From a virus, in IMG/VR virus record IMGVR_UViG_3300045971_001064, positions 11,256 to 75,255 of that record: 64,000 bases of DNA; one strand, written 5' to 3'. Made by a program: the position numbers and the translations under genes. The notes under the pieces were generated by a model. It ran no database searches, was not told the origin of the DNA, and worked only from the letters and a program-made list of their open reading frames with translations. Shown here in pieces: positions 45,898 to 55,036 of this stretch; position 1 is the stretch's first letter, and the number at the start of each line of letters is the position of its first letter.

Positions 45898-48330
45898 ATG
45901 GCTCAGACTTTCGTCGACGATTCCGGCACACTTGTGATTCCACAGGCCAACGCCAAGTGGGCGACGGCTCCGTCGAACTCCGGCATCGCCACTCGCGGCG
46001 TTGTGGTCCTCGTCGGTGAGGCCGACATCGGCCCCGACTTCTCGCAGGAGGCCGACGGCCTCGCTGGCGCGACCTTCGGGCCCGGCCAGTTCTCCGCCGT
46101 GCAGGCGAAGTACGGCAGCGGCCCCATCGTCGACGCCTTCCGCAACGTCGCCAACCCGTCTCGCGACCCGCAGGTCCGCGGCGCTCCGACTCAGGTCATC
46201 ACCATCAAGACCAACGTGGGCACCAAGGCTCAGGGCGCTCTGACTGGCGGCTACGCGGTCGCCCGCGCCAAGGCTGCTGGCGCCAACGGTAACCTCATCT
46301 CGGTCGAGGTGCAGGGCAAGACCGCCGAGCGCGCTGCGACCATCTCGAAGGCCTTCATCCGGTCCACCGGCACCGAGGCCATCGGCGTCGCTGCCAATGG
46401 CGGCACCCCGGCCACCCTCGTGGTCACCGACCTCACCCCGACCGCCTTCGTGGCGACCAACCTCGCGGCCCTCGGGCTCGTCGGCGTCACCGTCGCTGGT
46501 GGCGTGAACTCGAAGCCCGCCAACGGCCTCGTGGCCGTGACCGCTGAGGTCACCGTCGCTGGCGCCGTCGTCACCATCGCCATCTCCGGCGGGACGTGGT
46601 CGAACCAGCCCGCCGCTGGCTGGACGCTCCTCATCGGCGGCGCCTCGCCCATCATGGGCGGCACCGGACAGAACTCGGGCTACTACGTGGTCACCTCGGC
46701 AACCCCGAGCACCATCGTGGCGAAGAAGATTGTCGACATCGACGGCGCCACCTACACGGCCCCCGTCGCTGTCGCCCCCGGCGCCGCGGCTGACGCGACG
46801 ACCTGCGACGCCTACACCCCGGTGACCTTCACCAACGCCGTGGGCGTGGTCGAGGGGCTCGGCGGCTCGCTGAGCATCTACCGCCCGGTCGCCTCCACCG
46901 GCAGCCACTTCTTCGACACGAGCGCTGCTCCCCTCGCCGCCAGCGTGTTCACCACGTCGACGACCGAGCGCGTGGTCAGCGTCCTCGTCAACAGGAAGAA
47001 CGACAACCTGTCCGAGACCCTGAACGCCGGGGGCAACGTGGCCCTGTCGGTCGGCAAGACGGGCAGCACGGGCGCCACGGTCACCGTGGACGCCACCACC
47101 ATCACCCTGAGCGGCGGCATCGTCCTCACCAAGGCGAGCTTCCAGACCATCGGCGACGTGGCGGCCTACATCAACGCCCAGACCGGCTGGTACGCCTCCA
47201 CCCCGGCGGCCTTCCAGTCCAAGTCCCCGAGCGTGCTCGACCGCGGCGTCTTCAAGGCCGACCAGAACGGCATCGCCTCGACCGGCCCGGCGCGCATCAA
47301 GCTGGACGCCTACGCGGTCGTGACTGCCATCGGCACCAGCAACGGCATCGAGTTCGCCTCCAACCCCACCACCGGTCTCCCGGCGGTGCAGGCGGCGTCC
47401 TTCCTCGCTGGCGGCCTCAAGGGCGGCACCACTGACGCTGTCGTGGCGGCTGCTCTCGCGGCTGCCGGGCTGACCCGCTGCAACTTCGTGGTCACCTGCT
47501 TCTCGCGCGACGCCTCGCTGGACATCGCCGATGGCCTGACCGACTCGACGTCGACCTACACCATCGACGGCATCAACGCCTACAACGCGGCCCACGTGGC
47601 CAGCTTCTCGCAGTTCAAGAAGCGCCGCCCGCGTCAGGCCTTCGTGTCCAAGAAGGGCACGTTCACCGAGGCGAAGACCGCCGCTCAGACGCTGGCCTCG
47701 GCCCGCGTGGCGCTGGCCTTCCAAGACGTCGCTGCTCTGGGCGCCGCCGGGACGCAGTGGTTCCAGCCGTGGATGGGCGCCGTCATCGCCGCGGGCATGC
47801 AGGCCGCGGGCTTCTACCGGCCCATCTTCAACAAGAGCGTCGGGCTGACCGGCGTGACGCAGGCCGCTGGCGACTTCAAATCGCAGGACGATGACCAAGT
47901 CGAGGAGGCTCTGCTCGCAGGCCTGCTCGTCATCCGGCTGCGCGACGGCGGTGGGTTCTCCTTCGTGAGCGACCAGACCACCTACGCCACGGACGAGAAC
48001 TTCGTCTACAACTCGATTCAGGCCATGTACGTCGCCGACGTCATCGCCCAGACAGTCGCCCAGCGGATGGAGCGCGCCTTCGTCGGCCAGTCCTTCGCGG
48101 ACGTCACCGCCGGGGTCGCCCTGTCGTACCTCAAGGGCATCATGGCCGACCTGAAGCGCCTCAAGCTCATCGCCACCTCGGACGACGCGGTCGACGGCTA
48201 CAAGGACGCCAAGGTCGAGATTCGCCCGCCCGCCATGCTGGTGTCGGCTGAGGTCAAGGAGGCGACGGGGCTGTACTTCATCCCCATCAGCTTCCTCGTC
48301 ACGCAGGTCCAGCAGACCGCGCAGCAGTAA
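45898..48330 (+). CDS. Tail sheath protein (with a large insertion domain)
   Basis: N-terminal GVVVLVGEA..GP..YG.G; C-terminal DQTTY..D.NFVYN.I..MYVAD, F.G, VEI.P..M.V..EVK..TGLYFIPI; directly followed by the tube. Confidence 0.9.
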   Translation: MAQTFVDDSGTLVIPQANAKWATAPSNSGIATRGVVVLVGEADIGPDFSQEADGLAGATFGPGQFSAVQAKYGSGPIVDAFRNVANPSRDPQVRGAPTQVITIKTNVGTKAQGALTGGYAVARAKAAGANGNLISVEVQGKTAERAATISKAFIRSTGTEAIGVAANGGTPATLVVTDLTPTAFVATNLAALGLVGVTVAGGVNSKPANGLVAVTAEVTVAGAVVTIAISGGTWSNQPAAGWTLLIGGASPIMGGTGQNSGYYVVTSATPSTIVAKKIVDIDGATYTAPVAVAPGAAADATTCDAYTPVTFTNAVGVVEGLGGSLSIYRPVASTGSHFFDTSAAPLAASVFTTSTTERVVSVLVNRKNDNLSETLNAGGNVALSVGKTGSTGATVTVDATTITLSGGIVLTKASFQTIGDVAAYINAQTGWYASTPAAFQSKSPSVLDRGVFKADQNGIASTGPARIKLDAYAVVTAIGTSNGIEFASNPTTGLPAVQAASFLAGGLKGGTTDAVVAAALAAAGLTRCNFVVTCFSRDASLDIADGLTDSTSTYTIDGINAYNAAHVASFSQFKKRRPRQAFVSKKGTFTEAKTAAQTLASARVALAFQDVAALGAAGTQWFQPWMGAVIAAGMQAAGFYRPIFNKSVGLTGVTQAAGDFKSQDDDQVEEALLAGLLVIRLRDGGGFSFVSDQTTYATDENFVYNSIQAMYVADVIAQTVAQRMERAFVGQSFADVTAGVALSYLKGIMADLKRLKLIATSDDAVDGYKDAKVEIRPPAMLVSAEVKEATGLYFIPISFLVTQVQQTAQQ

Positions 48331-48353
48331 GCGGCATCCTCTAGGAGAGCAAG

Positions 48354-48854
48354 ATGGCCAAGAGCAAGGTTCTTCACGGTGCACGGGCGGTCCTCTGGAT
48401 TGGGACCACGCCGGTCGGCATCTTCAACAACGTGTCGTACGGCGTCACCTACGACATCGCCCCCGTCTACATCCTCGGCCGCGCGTCGGCTGCCGAGTTG
48501 GTGTACACCGGCATGGAGGTCGTGCAGGTCAGCGCCTCCGGCTTCCGCATCTTGGAGAACGGCCCGTTCGCGGTCGTCGACAAGGACACGGGCTCCAGCC
48601 TCCTGCCGAAGTTGCAGGACATCCTGAACTATCAGGACCTGACGGTCTCGCTGCATGACCGTCTGGAGACCGACCCGGCCAAGGGCACTCTGATGGTGCT
48701 CACCAACGTCAAGCCGCAGGGCTTCACGTCGAGCGTCGGCGCTCGCGGCTTGCAGGACATGACCGTGACCTTCCAAGGCCTCCACCTCTCCGACGAGTCC
48801 GGCGCGAACAACGAGGGCGCTGGCGCGGCTGACCTTCCGGCTGGCAGCGACTAG
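48354..48854 (+). CDS. Tail tube protein
   Basis: 166 aa, beta-rich, immediately after the sheath; SD AGGAGAG. Confidence 0.85.
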   Translation: MAKSKVLHGARAVLWIGTTPVGIFNNVSYGVTYDIAPVYILGRASAAELVYTGMEVVQVSASGFRILENGPFAVVDKDTGSSLLPKLQDILNYQDLTVSLHDRLETDPAKGTLMVLTNVKPQGFTSSVGARGLQDMTVTFQGLHLSDESGANNEGAGAADLPAGSD

Positions 48855-48857
48855 CCG

Positions 48858-49124
48858 ATGGTCAGGGCGAAGCTCACGAGGGCCGACGGCTCCACGCTTG
48901 AACTGGAGGGCACTTCGGAAGAGGTGTCCGCAGTTCTTGCGTGGGAGCGCCCGGCTGCCCCGCTGGGCCACTTGCAGCCCCTCGTCCTCCCAATCCCCTA
49001 CCAGCCGCCCGCGAGCCCCATCCCGGGCACGTGGGGGCCCTTCTCTGGCGGCGTCAGCGGGGGCGTCGTTCCCTGCACCGCCACTTCCCCCTTGGACCTG
49101 CCCGTGGCGGCAGCCTCGAACTAG
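48858..49124 (+). CDS. Hypothetical protein
   Basis: KLT..DG..LELEGT.EEV plus a proline-rich tail. Confidence 0.5.
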   Translation: MVRAKLTRADGSTLELEGTSEEVSAVLAWERPAAPLGHLQPLVLPIPYQPPASPIPGTWGPFSGGVSGGVVPCTATSPLDLPVAAASN

Positions 49125-49133
49125 GAGCACATC

Positions 49134-50273
49134 ATGGCCTTCAACCAGAAGCTCGCCCGCATGGGGCAGGACATCCTCGACGCGCTGGAGCAGTACAAGC
49201 TCACGTACGGGGTCTCGTACAACCGTGACCGGGACCTTCAGGTCACCGTGACCGACACCGACCTCGTCAACGGCGGCCCGACCTTGCTCCAGTTCGTCAA
49301 GGCTCCTCAGTTGAAGAACAACCTCTCCAACCCGGTCACCGGGCTGGTCGAGGACGTCTTCACTCCGCACATCATTCAGGTGATGTTCTCGGAGAAGGCC
49401 GCTGCCTTCGAGACCGTCACTGTCACTGGCGTGGTCGGCGGCACTCGCGCGAAGGGCACTATCACCGGGCTCAACGTGCTGGTCGGCAACACCGTCGTGG
49501 TCGGCGGGCACATCTACACCTGCGTCGCCACCGGCACCCGCGCCCCGGGCACGTACGACTTCGACTTCTCCGGCACCAGCGACGCGGACACGATGGCCAA
49601 CCTCGTCATCGCGCTCAACGACTCGCCCACCGGCAACCCGCGCGTGTACGCCGTGCAGGATACCGTCGCCCCGACCAAAATCAACCTGTTCTACGGGGAG
49701 CCGGGCGTCGTCGGCAACGCCATCACGCTGGCCAACGGCGCCGGTCTCAAGTTCACGGTCTCTGGCGCCACGCTGGCCGGTGGCGTCGACGGCGAGTGGC
49801 TTGAGTTCAACGCCAGTGCGAAGACCTTCGCCTTGGCCGCGGGCGAGTTGGTGTGGAACGACCTGTGCTTCCTCGTCGGCGCTACCGACGCTGCAACCAC
49901 CGCCTCTCTCAAGACGTTCCTGAACACGAGCGCCTTCAGCGCGTTCCTCACCGCCATCGACTCCGCCCCGCCTTCTGCCACCAGCCTCGACTTGGTCTCG
50001 CTGACCGCGGGCACGGGGAGCAACGGCCTCACGTGGACTGACTCTGGCGGCGGGCTGCATGCCGTCAACGGCGCTTGGGCCGGTGGCACCGACACGGGCA
50101 CCACCAGCCTCATGCGCGCCAAGATTCTGGCCGAGTGCTTCACCAAGGGCTCGCAGGTCGACATCTACCGCCCGAACGTGGAGACCGGCGTCCCGGCCAC
50201 GGACGCCTTCATCGACGGGAACCTGCTCTGGTCCTACCGTAACCTCTCGTGGGGCAACCTGTCCCACATGTAA
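49134..50273 (+). CDS. Virion protein with an inserted Ig-like / sheath-like beta module
   Basis: Thr/Gly-rich core with GNAITLA..TVSGATLAGGVDG; SD AGGAG. Confidence 0.6.
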   Translation: MAFNQKLARMGQDILDALEQYKLTYGVSYNRDRDLQVTVTDTDLVNGGPTLLQFVKAPQLKNNLSNPVTGLVEDVFTPHIIQVMFSEKAAAFETVTVTGVVGGTRAKGTITGLNVLVGNTVVVGGHIYTCVATGTRAPGTYDFDFSGTSDADTMANLVIALNDSPTGNPRVYAVQDTVAPTKINLFYGEPGVVGNAITLANGAGLKFTVSGATLAGGVDGEWLEFNASAKTFALAAGELVWNDLCFLVGATDAATTASLKTFLNTSAFSAFLTAIDSAPPSATSLDLVSLTAGTGSNGLTWTDSGGGLHAVNGAWAGGTDTGTTSLMRAKILAECFTKGSQVDIYRPNVETGVPATDAFIDGNLLWSYRNLSWGNLSHM

Positions 50274-50305
50274 GACACGGAGTCCTGCTCCTCTGTGCAT
50301 GAACG

Positions 50306-50333
50306 AGCCCCGCTGGTGCGGGGCTTTTCATTT
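50306..50333 (+). terminator. Rho-independent terminator
   Basis: AGCCCCGC-TGGT-GCGGGGCT followed by TTTCATTT, at the end of the tail island. Confidence 0.8.
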
Positions 50334-50558
50334 GGCGAGGCGGTACTCACTCAGGCACTGGAAGCAGACGCCGTTGTCGCGCGCCACGCGGCTGACGTCC
50401 GCGATGGGCACGCGCAGGTCCCAGCCAGCCGACACGCCGCCGCAGAGCGACTTGGTGTCGATGCCACCGCTGAACTTCTGGCCCTTCTCCGTGAGCAACC
50501 TGATGTGCCACTTCGAGCGGCTGGAGGCGTGCACGCTCTCGCAGAACGAGTAGGTCAT
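50328..50558 (-). CDS. Small zinc-binding hypothetical protein
   Basis: H..LCG...C..C pattern. Confidence 0.55.
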   Translation of the reverse strand: MTYSFCESVHASSRSKWHIRLLTEKGQKFSGGIDTKSLCGGVSAGWDLRVPIADVSRVARDNGVCFQCLSEYRLAK

Positions 50559-50821
50559 TTGCGGCAGTCCCCGTTGCACATGCCGTCCTCTTCGAGGATG
50601 GCCTCGGCGCCGCAGCCCGGGCAACGCTGCTCTGGACGTCCGTCCTCGACCTCCAAGATGACCATGTGGACCGAGCGCAGGCTCTTGCCCCAGCGCAGCG
50701 TCATCCTGTTCCCCATGAGCGTGACGCCGAGCCCTGCCTTGGTGTGGAGCTTCTCCCTCAACTCCTCCATCGCCTTCTCGGCGTGGTGAGGGAGCTTCAA
50801 CTCGTAGATGTCGTGTGTCAC
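50555..50821 (-). CDS. Hypothetical protein
   Basis: GTGA overlap; C-terminal CPGC..C..C. Confidence 0.5.
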   Translation of the reverse strand: MTHDIYELKLPHHAEKAMEELREKLHTKAGLGVTLMGNRMTLRWGKSLRSVHMVILEVEDGRPEQRCPGCGAEAILEEDGMCNGDCRK

Positions 50822-51618
50822 TTGTACTCGCTCTCGTGCTTCTGTTGGGCGCTCTCCACCAACTTGACCACGGTCTCGGACGGGATGGTGAAGGCCTTGG
50901 TCGCGTGGAAGCCCTTGCTCTCGTACTTGGCGAGGCGCATCGACACGCGGGCGTGGGACTCGACGCGGTGCTGGATGAGGCGTCGGCACGAGTAGTCCAC
51001 GGCGCCCATGGGGTTGAAGACGAGCGCCTCCCCGTGGAGGTCGATGGCAGCTTGCACCACGGTGAAGTCGAAGGAGTCGATGACGTGCTCGGCGCTCTCG
51101 TACCACCGAATCTTCACCAACTGGACGACCTTGCCGCCGAAGACGTGGCGAAGCTCGAAGGGCGGCACGAGCGTGATGTACGGAGCGCCCTCGAACTCCT
51201 TGGTCCAGAGCAGCTTCCCGTCCTCGCCCACGAACTTGAGCAGTTGCGGGTCCTGCACCTTGAGGCCTTTGGACAGGAGGTAGGCGTACATCTTCTCGAA
51301 GGACTCCTTGCCGTCGAAGAAGATGTCGATGTCGTTGGGGTCGCCGAGGCCCGCGTTGAAGAGCAGGTCCGCCACGTAGCCGCCAGCGAGGAAGACGCCT
51401 TCGACGCTGCAAGGCATGTGGTTGATGACGCCGAGGTTGAGGTCGCGCCCTTCGAGCGCTTGCCACATCACCGTCGCGTACTCCACGTCGCTGCGCTCGT
51501 AGTCCTGCGGCACGTACTCGGCCATCGGCAGGCCGGAGTCGGTGAAGAACTCGCCGCCTGACGCGAGGTCGAGCTTCATGGTGCCGTGGATGGGGGTCAT
51601 CGGGATGAGTTCGGTCAT
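50818..51618 (-). CDS. Nucleotidyltransferase (polyA polymerase / CCA head-like)
   Basis: VFLAGGYVAD....DIDIFF...VQLV...FDFTV.Q...R..KY..KGF. Confidence 0.75.
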   Translation of the reverse strand: MTELIPMTPIHGTMKLDLASGGEFFTDSGLPMAEYVPQDYERSDVEYATVMWQALEGRDLNLGVINHMPCSVEGVFLAGGYVADLLFNAGLGDPNDIDIFFDGKESFEKMYAYLLSKGLKVQDPQLLKFVGEDGKLLWTKEFEGAPYITLVPPFELRHVFGGKVVQLVKIRWYESAEHVIDSFDFTVVQAAIDLHGEALVFNPMGAVDYSCRRLIQHRVESHARVSMRLAKYESKGFHATKAFTIPSETVVKLVESAQQKHESEYK

Positions 51619-51836
51619 GGCAGTATCTCCAGCGGTTGGAAGTCGAAGCGGTTGCACATGCGGATGCTGCGGTTGTTCGGGTACACGGTGTCGACGGTCG
51701 ACAGCATGAACAGGCCTCGCCACGTCGAGTCGACTCTCATCACGGTGCCCGACGGGAACAGGTTGCCGCTCTTGGTCTCGACGCAGCGGACGAGGACGAC
51801 CTTCTGGCCGACGAGGTCACCGCACTTCTCCTTCAC
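51615..51836 (-). CDS. SH3-like hypothetical protein
   Basis: GTGA overlap; short beta-rich ORF. Confidence 0.45.
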   Translation of the reverse strand: MKEKCGDLVGQKVVLVRCVETKSGNLFPSGTVMRVDSTWRGLFMLSTVDTVYPNNRSIRMCNRFDFQPLEILP

Positions 51837-52090
51837 GACTCTCTCGGGGGCCAGCGCCAGACCCAGCCGTCGCCAGCGAGGCTGCGGTGCTCGTTGGGGT
51901 TCAGCGAGACCTTGACGGTCATGTCGAAGTTCTTGCCAGCCGGGTCGAGGATGCGCAGGTAGGCAGCGCTCTCGGCGACGAGAGTCACGATGGCAGCGTA
52001 GGGCTGCGCGTCGGGCTCGCGCCAGCAGTTGTTCTCCAAGTCGTGCCCCGCGTGGTGCGCGTGGACGGTGCGGCCGACGGTGAGCTTCAT
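51833..52090 (-). CDS. Conserved phage hypothetical protein
   Basis: TVGR.VH...AAIVT.V....L.....W.WP.R pattern. Confidence 0.6.
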   Translation of the reverse strand: MKLTVGRTVHAHHAGHDLENNCWREPDAQPYAAIVTLVAESAAYLRILDPAGKNFDMTVKVSLNPNEHRSLAGDGWVWRWPPRES

Positions 52091-52578
52091 GACCGGCCCC
52101 TCTTCCCGTGAACGTAGCAGATGAACAGCGGCTCCTGCCCCGGCTTGCAGATGCACATCTTCTTCTCGCAGGTCTGGGTGTGCAGGTCGAGAGCCCGCTG
52201 GGTGAAGGCCAGCTTCTCCTCGACCCGGCGGGTCTCCTGCCGCGCCTCGGTCAACTGCTGGTCGCGCGTCTGGAAGTCCTTGGTCTTCTCGGCCAGCTTC
52301 CACTCCAAGTCGTGGATGCGGTTCTGCGCCTCAGCCAGCTTGATGGCGGTCTTCATCACCGCGTCCGAGACCCGCTCCGAGGCGACGGCCGTCTTCAGGA
52401 CCCGCACGACCTGCTCGACCAGCTTGCGGCCGACGATGCGCTTGAGCACCTTCGCCTCGCACTGGCAGGCCTCGTTCACCAGCGCCGGGCACAGGACGTG
52501 GTGCGGCAGCCCGGCAGGCCTCGACGTCGCAGGCCGAGCCGGGTAGTCGCCGACGTCGTCCTCGTTCCACTTGCTCAT
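52087..52578 (-). CDS. Coiled-coil hypothetical protein
   Basis: Heptad-rich core; CxC..C..H tail. Confidence 0.55.
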   Translation of the reverse strand: MSKWNEDDVGDYPARPATSRPAGLPHHVLCPALVNEACQCEAKVLKRIVGRKLVEQVVRVLKTAVASERVSDAVMKTAIKLAEAQNRIHDLEWKLAEKTKDFQTRDQQLTEARQETRRVEEKLAFTQRALDLHTQTCEKKMCICKPGQEPLFICYVHGKRGRS

Positions 52579-52958
52579 CAGCGCACCCCTTGGTCGAACA
52601 GCGTGCCGATGCGGTGGTCGGAGTTGCGGCCGACGTGCAGGTTGATGCGGCGGATGGAGCACTTGTCGATGAGGTGCTCCTTGCGCGCCACGATGACGCC
52701 CTCGATGGACGGGTAGAGGATGCGCAGCCCGTTCTCCTTGAGGGGGGCCGGTAGCAGTTCGAGGTCCGCGAACAGGACGTCCTCGCGCCAGTGCAGCTTG
52801 GCGCGGCCGAGCGGAAGGGTCAGCGGCTGAGGGCTTGGGTCCATGTACATGCTGACCTCGACCTCGCCGTCAGGCACCTCGACACCCTCCTTGCGGAAGA
52901 CGTCGCCCGAGGAGTCAGGCACGCCGTCGCAGACCAGAACCGCTACCGTGCCCCTCAC
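52578..52958 (-). CDS. Hypothetical protein, possibly an HK97 prohead-protease-like fold
   Basis: DGVPDSSGDVF..EGV...LG.A.L...LFADLEL...LYPSIEG...I..I.L....N.D.RI. Confidence 0.4.
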   Translation of the reverse strand: MRGTVAVLVCDGVPDSSGDVFRKEGVEVPDGEVEVSMYMDPSPQPLTLPLGRAKLHWREDVLFADLELLPAPLKENGLRILYPSIEGVIVARKEHLIDKCSIRRINLHVGRNSDHRIGTLFDQGVR

Positions 52959-53137
52959 GGCTGCCGCCCGTGCCAGAGCACCGCGGTGAAGGCGACGGTG
53001 AAGATGAAGGCGCCGACGATGGCGCCGCCGTACGTCCACAGCGTGTAGGGGTTGAGCCGCGCGTCCTGCACCATGGCGACGAAGCCCAAGCTGAGCAGGA
53101 AGAGGATGCTCACGACGATGCGGCGCTCGATGCTCAC
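52955..53137 (-). CDS. Two-TM small membrane protein
   Basis: Two hydrophobic segments. Confidence 0.55.
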   Translation of the reverse strand: MSIERRIVVSILFLLSLGFVAMVQDARLNPYTLWTYGGAIVGAFIFTVAFTAVLWHGRQP

Positions 53138-53430
53138 TTGCGGCTCCGCTTCTTGGACACCGCCTTCAGCCCCTCGACGACCTCGTCGGCGAGCTTGCGG
53201 AGCTTCTTCATCGAGACCCTCTTCTTCAGGTCCTTCACCTTCGTGCCGGTCAGGGACTTCGCGACCGCGTCGCGCAGCCCGGCGATGACCTTGTGCTCGT
53301 CGATGTCGGTCGGGCCGCGGTAGCCCTTGGGCGCCGTCTCGGCCTCCTCCTTCACCTTCGCCCGGAGCCGGAGGGTCTCCGCCCGGGTCAGCGGCTTGGT
53401 CTTCTTCTCGACCTCGTAGAAGCCGCGCAT
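53134..53430 (-). CDS. Basic hypothetical protein
   Basis: Lys/Arg-rich. Confidence 0.5.
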   Translation of the reverse strand: MRGFYEVEKKTKPLTRAETLRLRAKVKEEAETAPKGYRGPTDIDEHKVIAGLRDAVAKSLTGTKVKDLKKRVSMKKLRKLADEVVEGLKAVSKKRSRK

Positions 53431-53432
53431 GA

Positions 53433-53633
53433 CTAGGCGACCTCCAGCCCGGCGAGCTTCAGCTTCTCGCGCCAGTCGGCAGCGTCGGCCTCGGCCCGGA
53501 CCTCGCCCTCGAAGCGCCCGTTGACCGGCTGCCCGGCGTCGAACTCGTCGCCGATGCGGGTGTAGCCGATGCGGCTGTTCTTGATGACCGCTGCGTAGCG
53601 GCCCTGCTCTGCGACGACCTCGACGGTGACCAT
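53433..53633 (-). CDS. Hypothetical protein
   Basis: SD AAGGAG; CGTGC-TATGGT promoter at 53661-53671. Confidence 0.6.
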   Translation of the reverse strand: MVTVEVVAEQGRYAAVIKNSRIGYTRIGDEFDAGQPVNGRFEGEVRAEADAADWREKLKLAGLEVA

Positions 53634-53686
53634 GTGCTGCTCCTTGTGCGGGTTGGAACTACCATAGCACGCTGCCTCTGCTGGCG

Positions 53687-53887
53687 CTACTTCACCACCT
53701 CCACTCGCGAGCCGCGCTCGCTGAAGAACCTCTCGGCCTTCTCCACCTTCGACGCCAGCGCGCCGTTCACGATGATGCAGCAGCAGGCGTCCTTGCAGAA
53801 GGTCACCCGCTCGCGGCCGAACATGGCCATGGCGTGCAGCGCCAGTTGGACGGTGCCGGGGCAGATGAGCAGGTTGACGGTCTTCAT
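53687..53887 (-). CDS. Hypothetical protein
   Basis: ATGA overlap. Confidence 0.45.
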   Translation of the reverse strand: MKTVNLLICPGTVQLALHAMAMFGRERVTFCKDACCCIIVNGALASKVEKAERFFSERGSRVEVVK

Positions 53888-54513
53888 GCGGCCCGAGCCT
53901 TCAGCATGTCGGAGTGCGCCGCGATGGCACGAGCCCTCAGGTTGTTCTCGACGAAGGTCTTGTAGGCCGCCAGCAGGCCGTGGGAGATGAGTTCGGCATC
54001 GACCTCGCAGGAGTTGAAGAGGAAGTGAGCCGCGCCGTTGCGCTCCCACCTGCGGAAGTAGTCGCCGAAGGAGGCGCGGTCCTGAGCCCAGATGGCCTTC
54101 TCGGCGTTGCGCTTGAGCCGGTACAGGCGGCAGGCCTCGAACTGCTCGATGTGCCGAAGCTCGTGCGCGATGGTGTGGACGACCTCGTCGACGATGCTGT
54201 TGGCCACGTAGCCACCGGCCCGCTTGCCAACGCGGCCCGGGTAGTACCGGGTGATGGGGTACTCACCTTGGCCGCAGATGCTCCTCGGCAAGGTGCCGAT
54301 GCGCACGACGCAGGACCACTCGCCCTTCTTGACGGCTCGGCGGCCCGTGTCCGGGAAGTAGGCCTTGCCCCACGTCCCGCAGTGACCCTTCTTCGACTCG
54401 ATGGTCAGGCGCACCGGCATGTCGACATGGTTGAAGCACGGAGCGAGGAAGTCCACGATGGCCTTCAGGGCTTCGTCCGACCACTTCGACTTGTTGACGA
54501 GGGTGACGTTCAT
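53884..54513 (-). CDS. Zincin-like metallopeptidase (leaderless early gene)
   Basis: WGKA...V.I...TIAHELRHIEQ...EVDAE. Confidence 0.7.
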   Translation of the reverse strand: MNVTLVNKSKWSDEALKAIVDFLAPCFNHVDMPVRLTIESKKGHCGTWGKAYFPDTGRRAVKKGEWSCVVRIGTLPRSICGQGEYPITRYYPGRVGKRAGGYVANSIVDEVVHTIAHELRHIEQFEACRLYRLKRNAEKAIWAQDRASFGDYFRRWERNGAAHFLFNSCEVDAELISHGLLAAYKTFVENNLRARAIAAHSDMLKARAA

Positions 54514-54549
54514 GGGAGGAAGTTTACCATCATCGAGGGTGGTTGTCAA
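54511..54549 (-). promoter_or_regulatory. Sigma70-type leaderless promoter P9
   Basis: TTGACA-N17-TAAACT-N7-ATG. Confidence 0.85.
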
Positions 54550-54610
54550 GCCCGAAGCTGTCACCGTTCCGTGACAGCCCTGACACGTACGGCCGCGCAA
54601 TCCTTAGAGC

Positions 54611-54730
54611 ATGGAACTCTTCAACGTCGGCGGCGCGACCTTCCACGACCTGCTCCTGTGGGCCCTGCTGGCCACGCCGGGCATCGTCATCACGGGGCTG
54701 GACCTCGCGGGCTGGTGGCCTCAGTGGTAG
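54611..54730 (+). CDS. 39-aa membrane peptide
   Basis: MELFNVGGATFHDLLLWALLATPGIVITGLDLAGWWPQW; CAATCC variant motif just upstream. Confidence 0.4.
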   Translation: MELFNVGGATFHDLLLWALLATPGIVITGLDLAGWWPQW

Positions 54731-54787
54731 CCGCCTGCCTGCTCGTGCTCGGCCTCGTGCGCTGGTGCATGCCGACCGACGACTGAG

Positions 54788-54955
54788 TCACAGCCCCTGC
54801 TGGACGTGGCGCTCCTCCTCCCCGTTCGGGTCGTAGTCGGGCTCGTTGTCCAGCGGCTCGCGGTGCTCCGAGCAGAGGGCGTTGTGCCCCACGTTGGGGC
54901 ATCCCGGCACGCAGCACTCCTGAAGCTCGTCGACTTCGATGTCTAGTGGGTTCAT
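54788..54955 (-). CDS. Small acidic zinc-finger protein (leaderless)
   Basis: C.VPGC....LC.EH; start set by P10. Confidence 0.55.
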   Translation of the reverse strand: MNPLDIEVDELQECCVPGCPNVGHNALCSEHREPLDNEPDYDPNGEEERHVQQGL

Positions 54956-54990
54956 GGTCCCGTTGTACCACGAGCTTTTCCCTTAGTCAA
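54953..54990 (-). promoter_or_regulatory. Sigma70-type leaderless promoter P10
   Basis: TTGACT-N17-TACAAC-N6-ATG. Confidence 0.8.
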
Positions 54991-55006
54991 GCCCAAGGTT
55001 GAGCCC

Positions 55007-55014
55007 TAATCTAG
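55007..55014 (+). promoter_or_regulatory. Putative late promoter TAATCTAG
   Basis: Heads the 55037-56148 island. Confidence 0.65.
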
Positions 55015-55036
55015 GTCCTAGACCCGGAGACAACCT

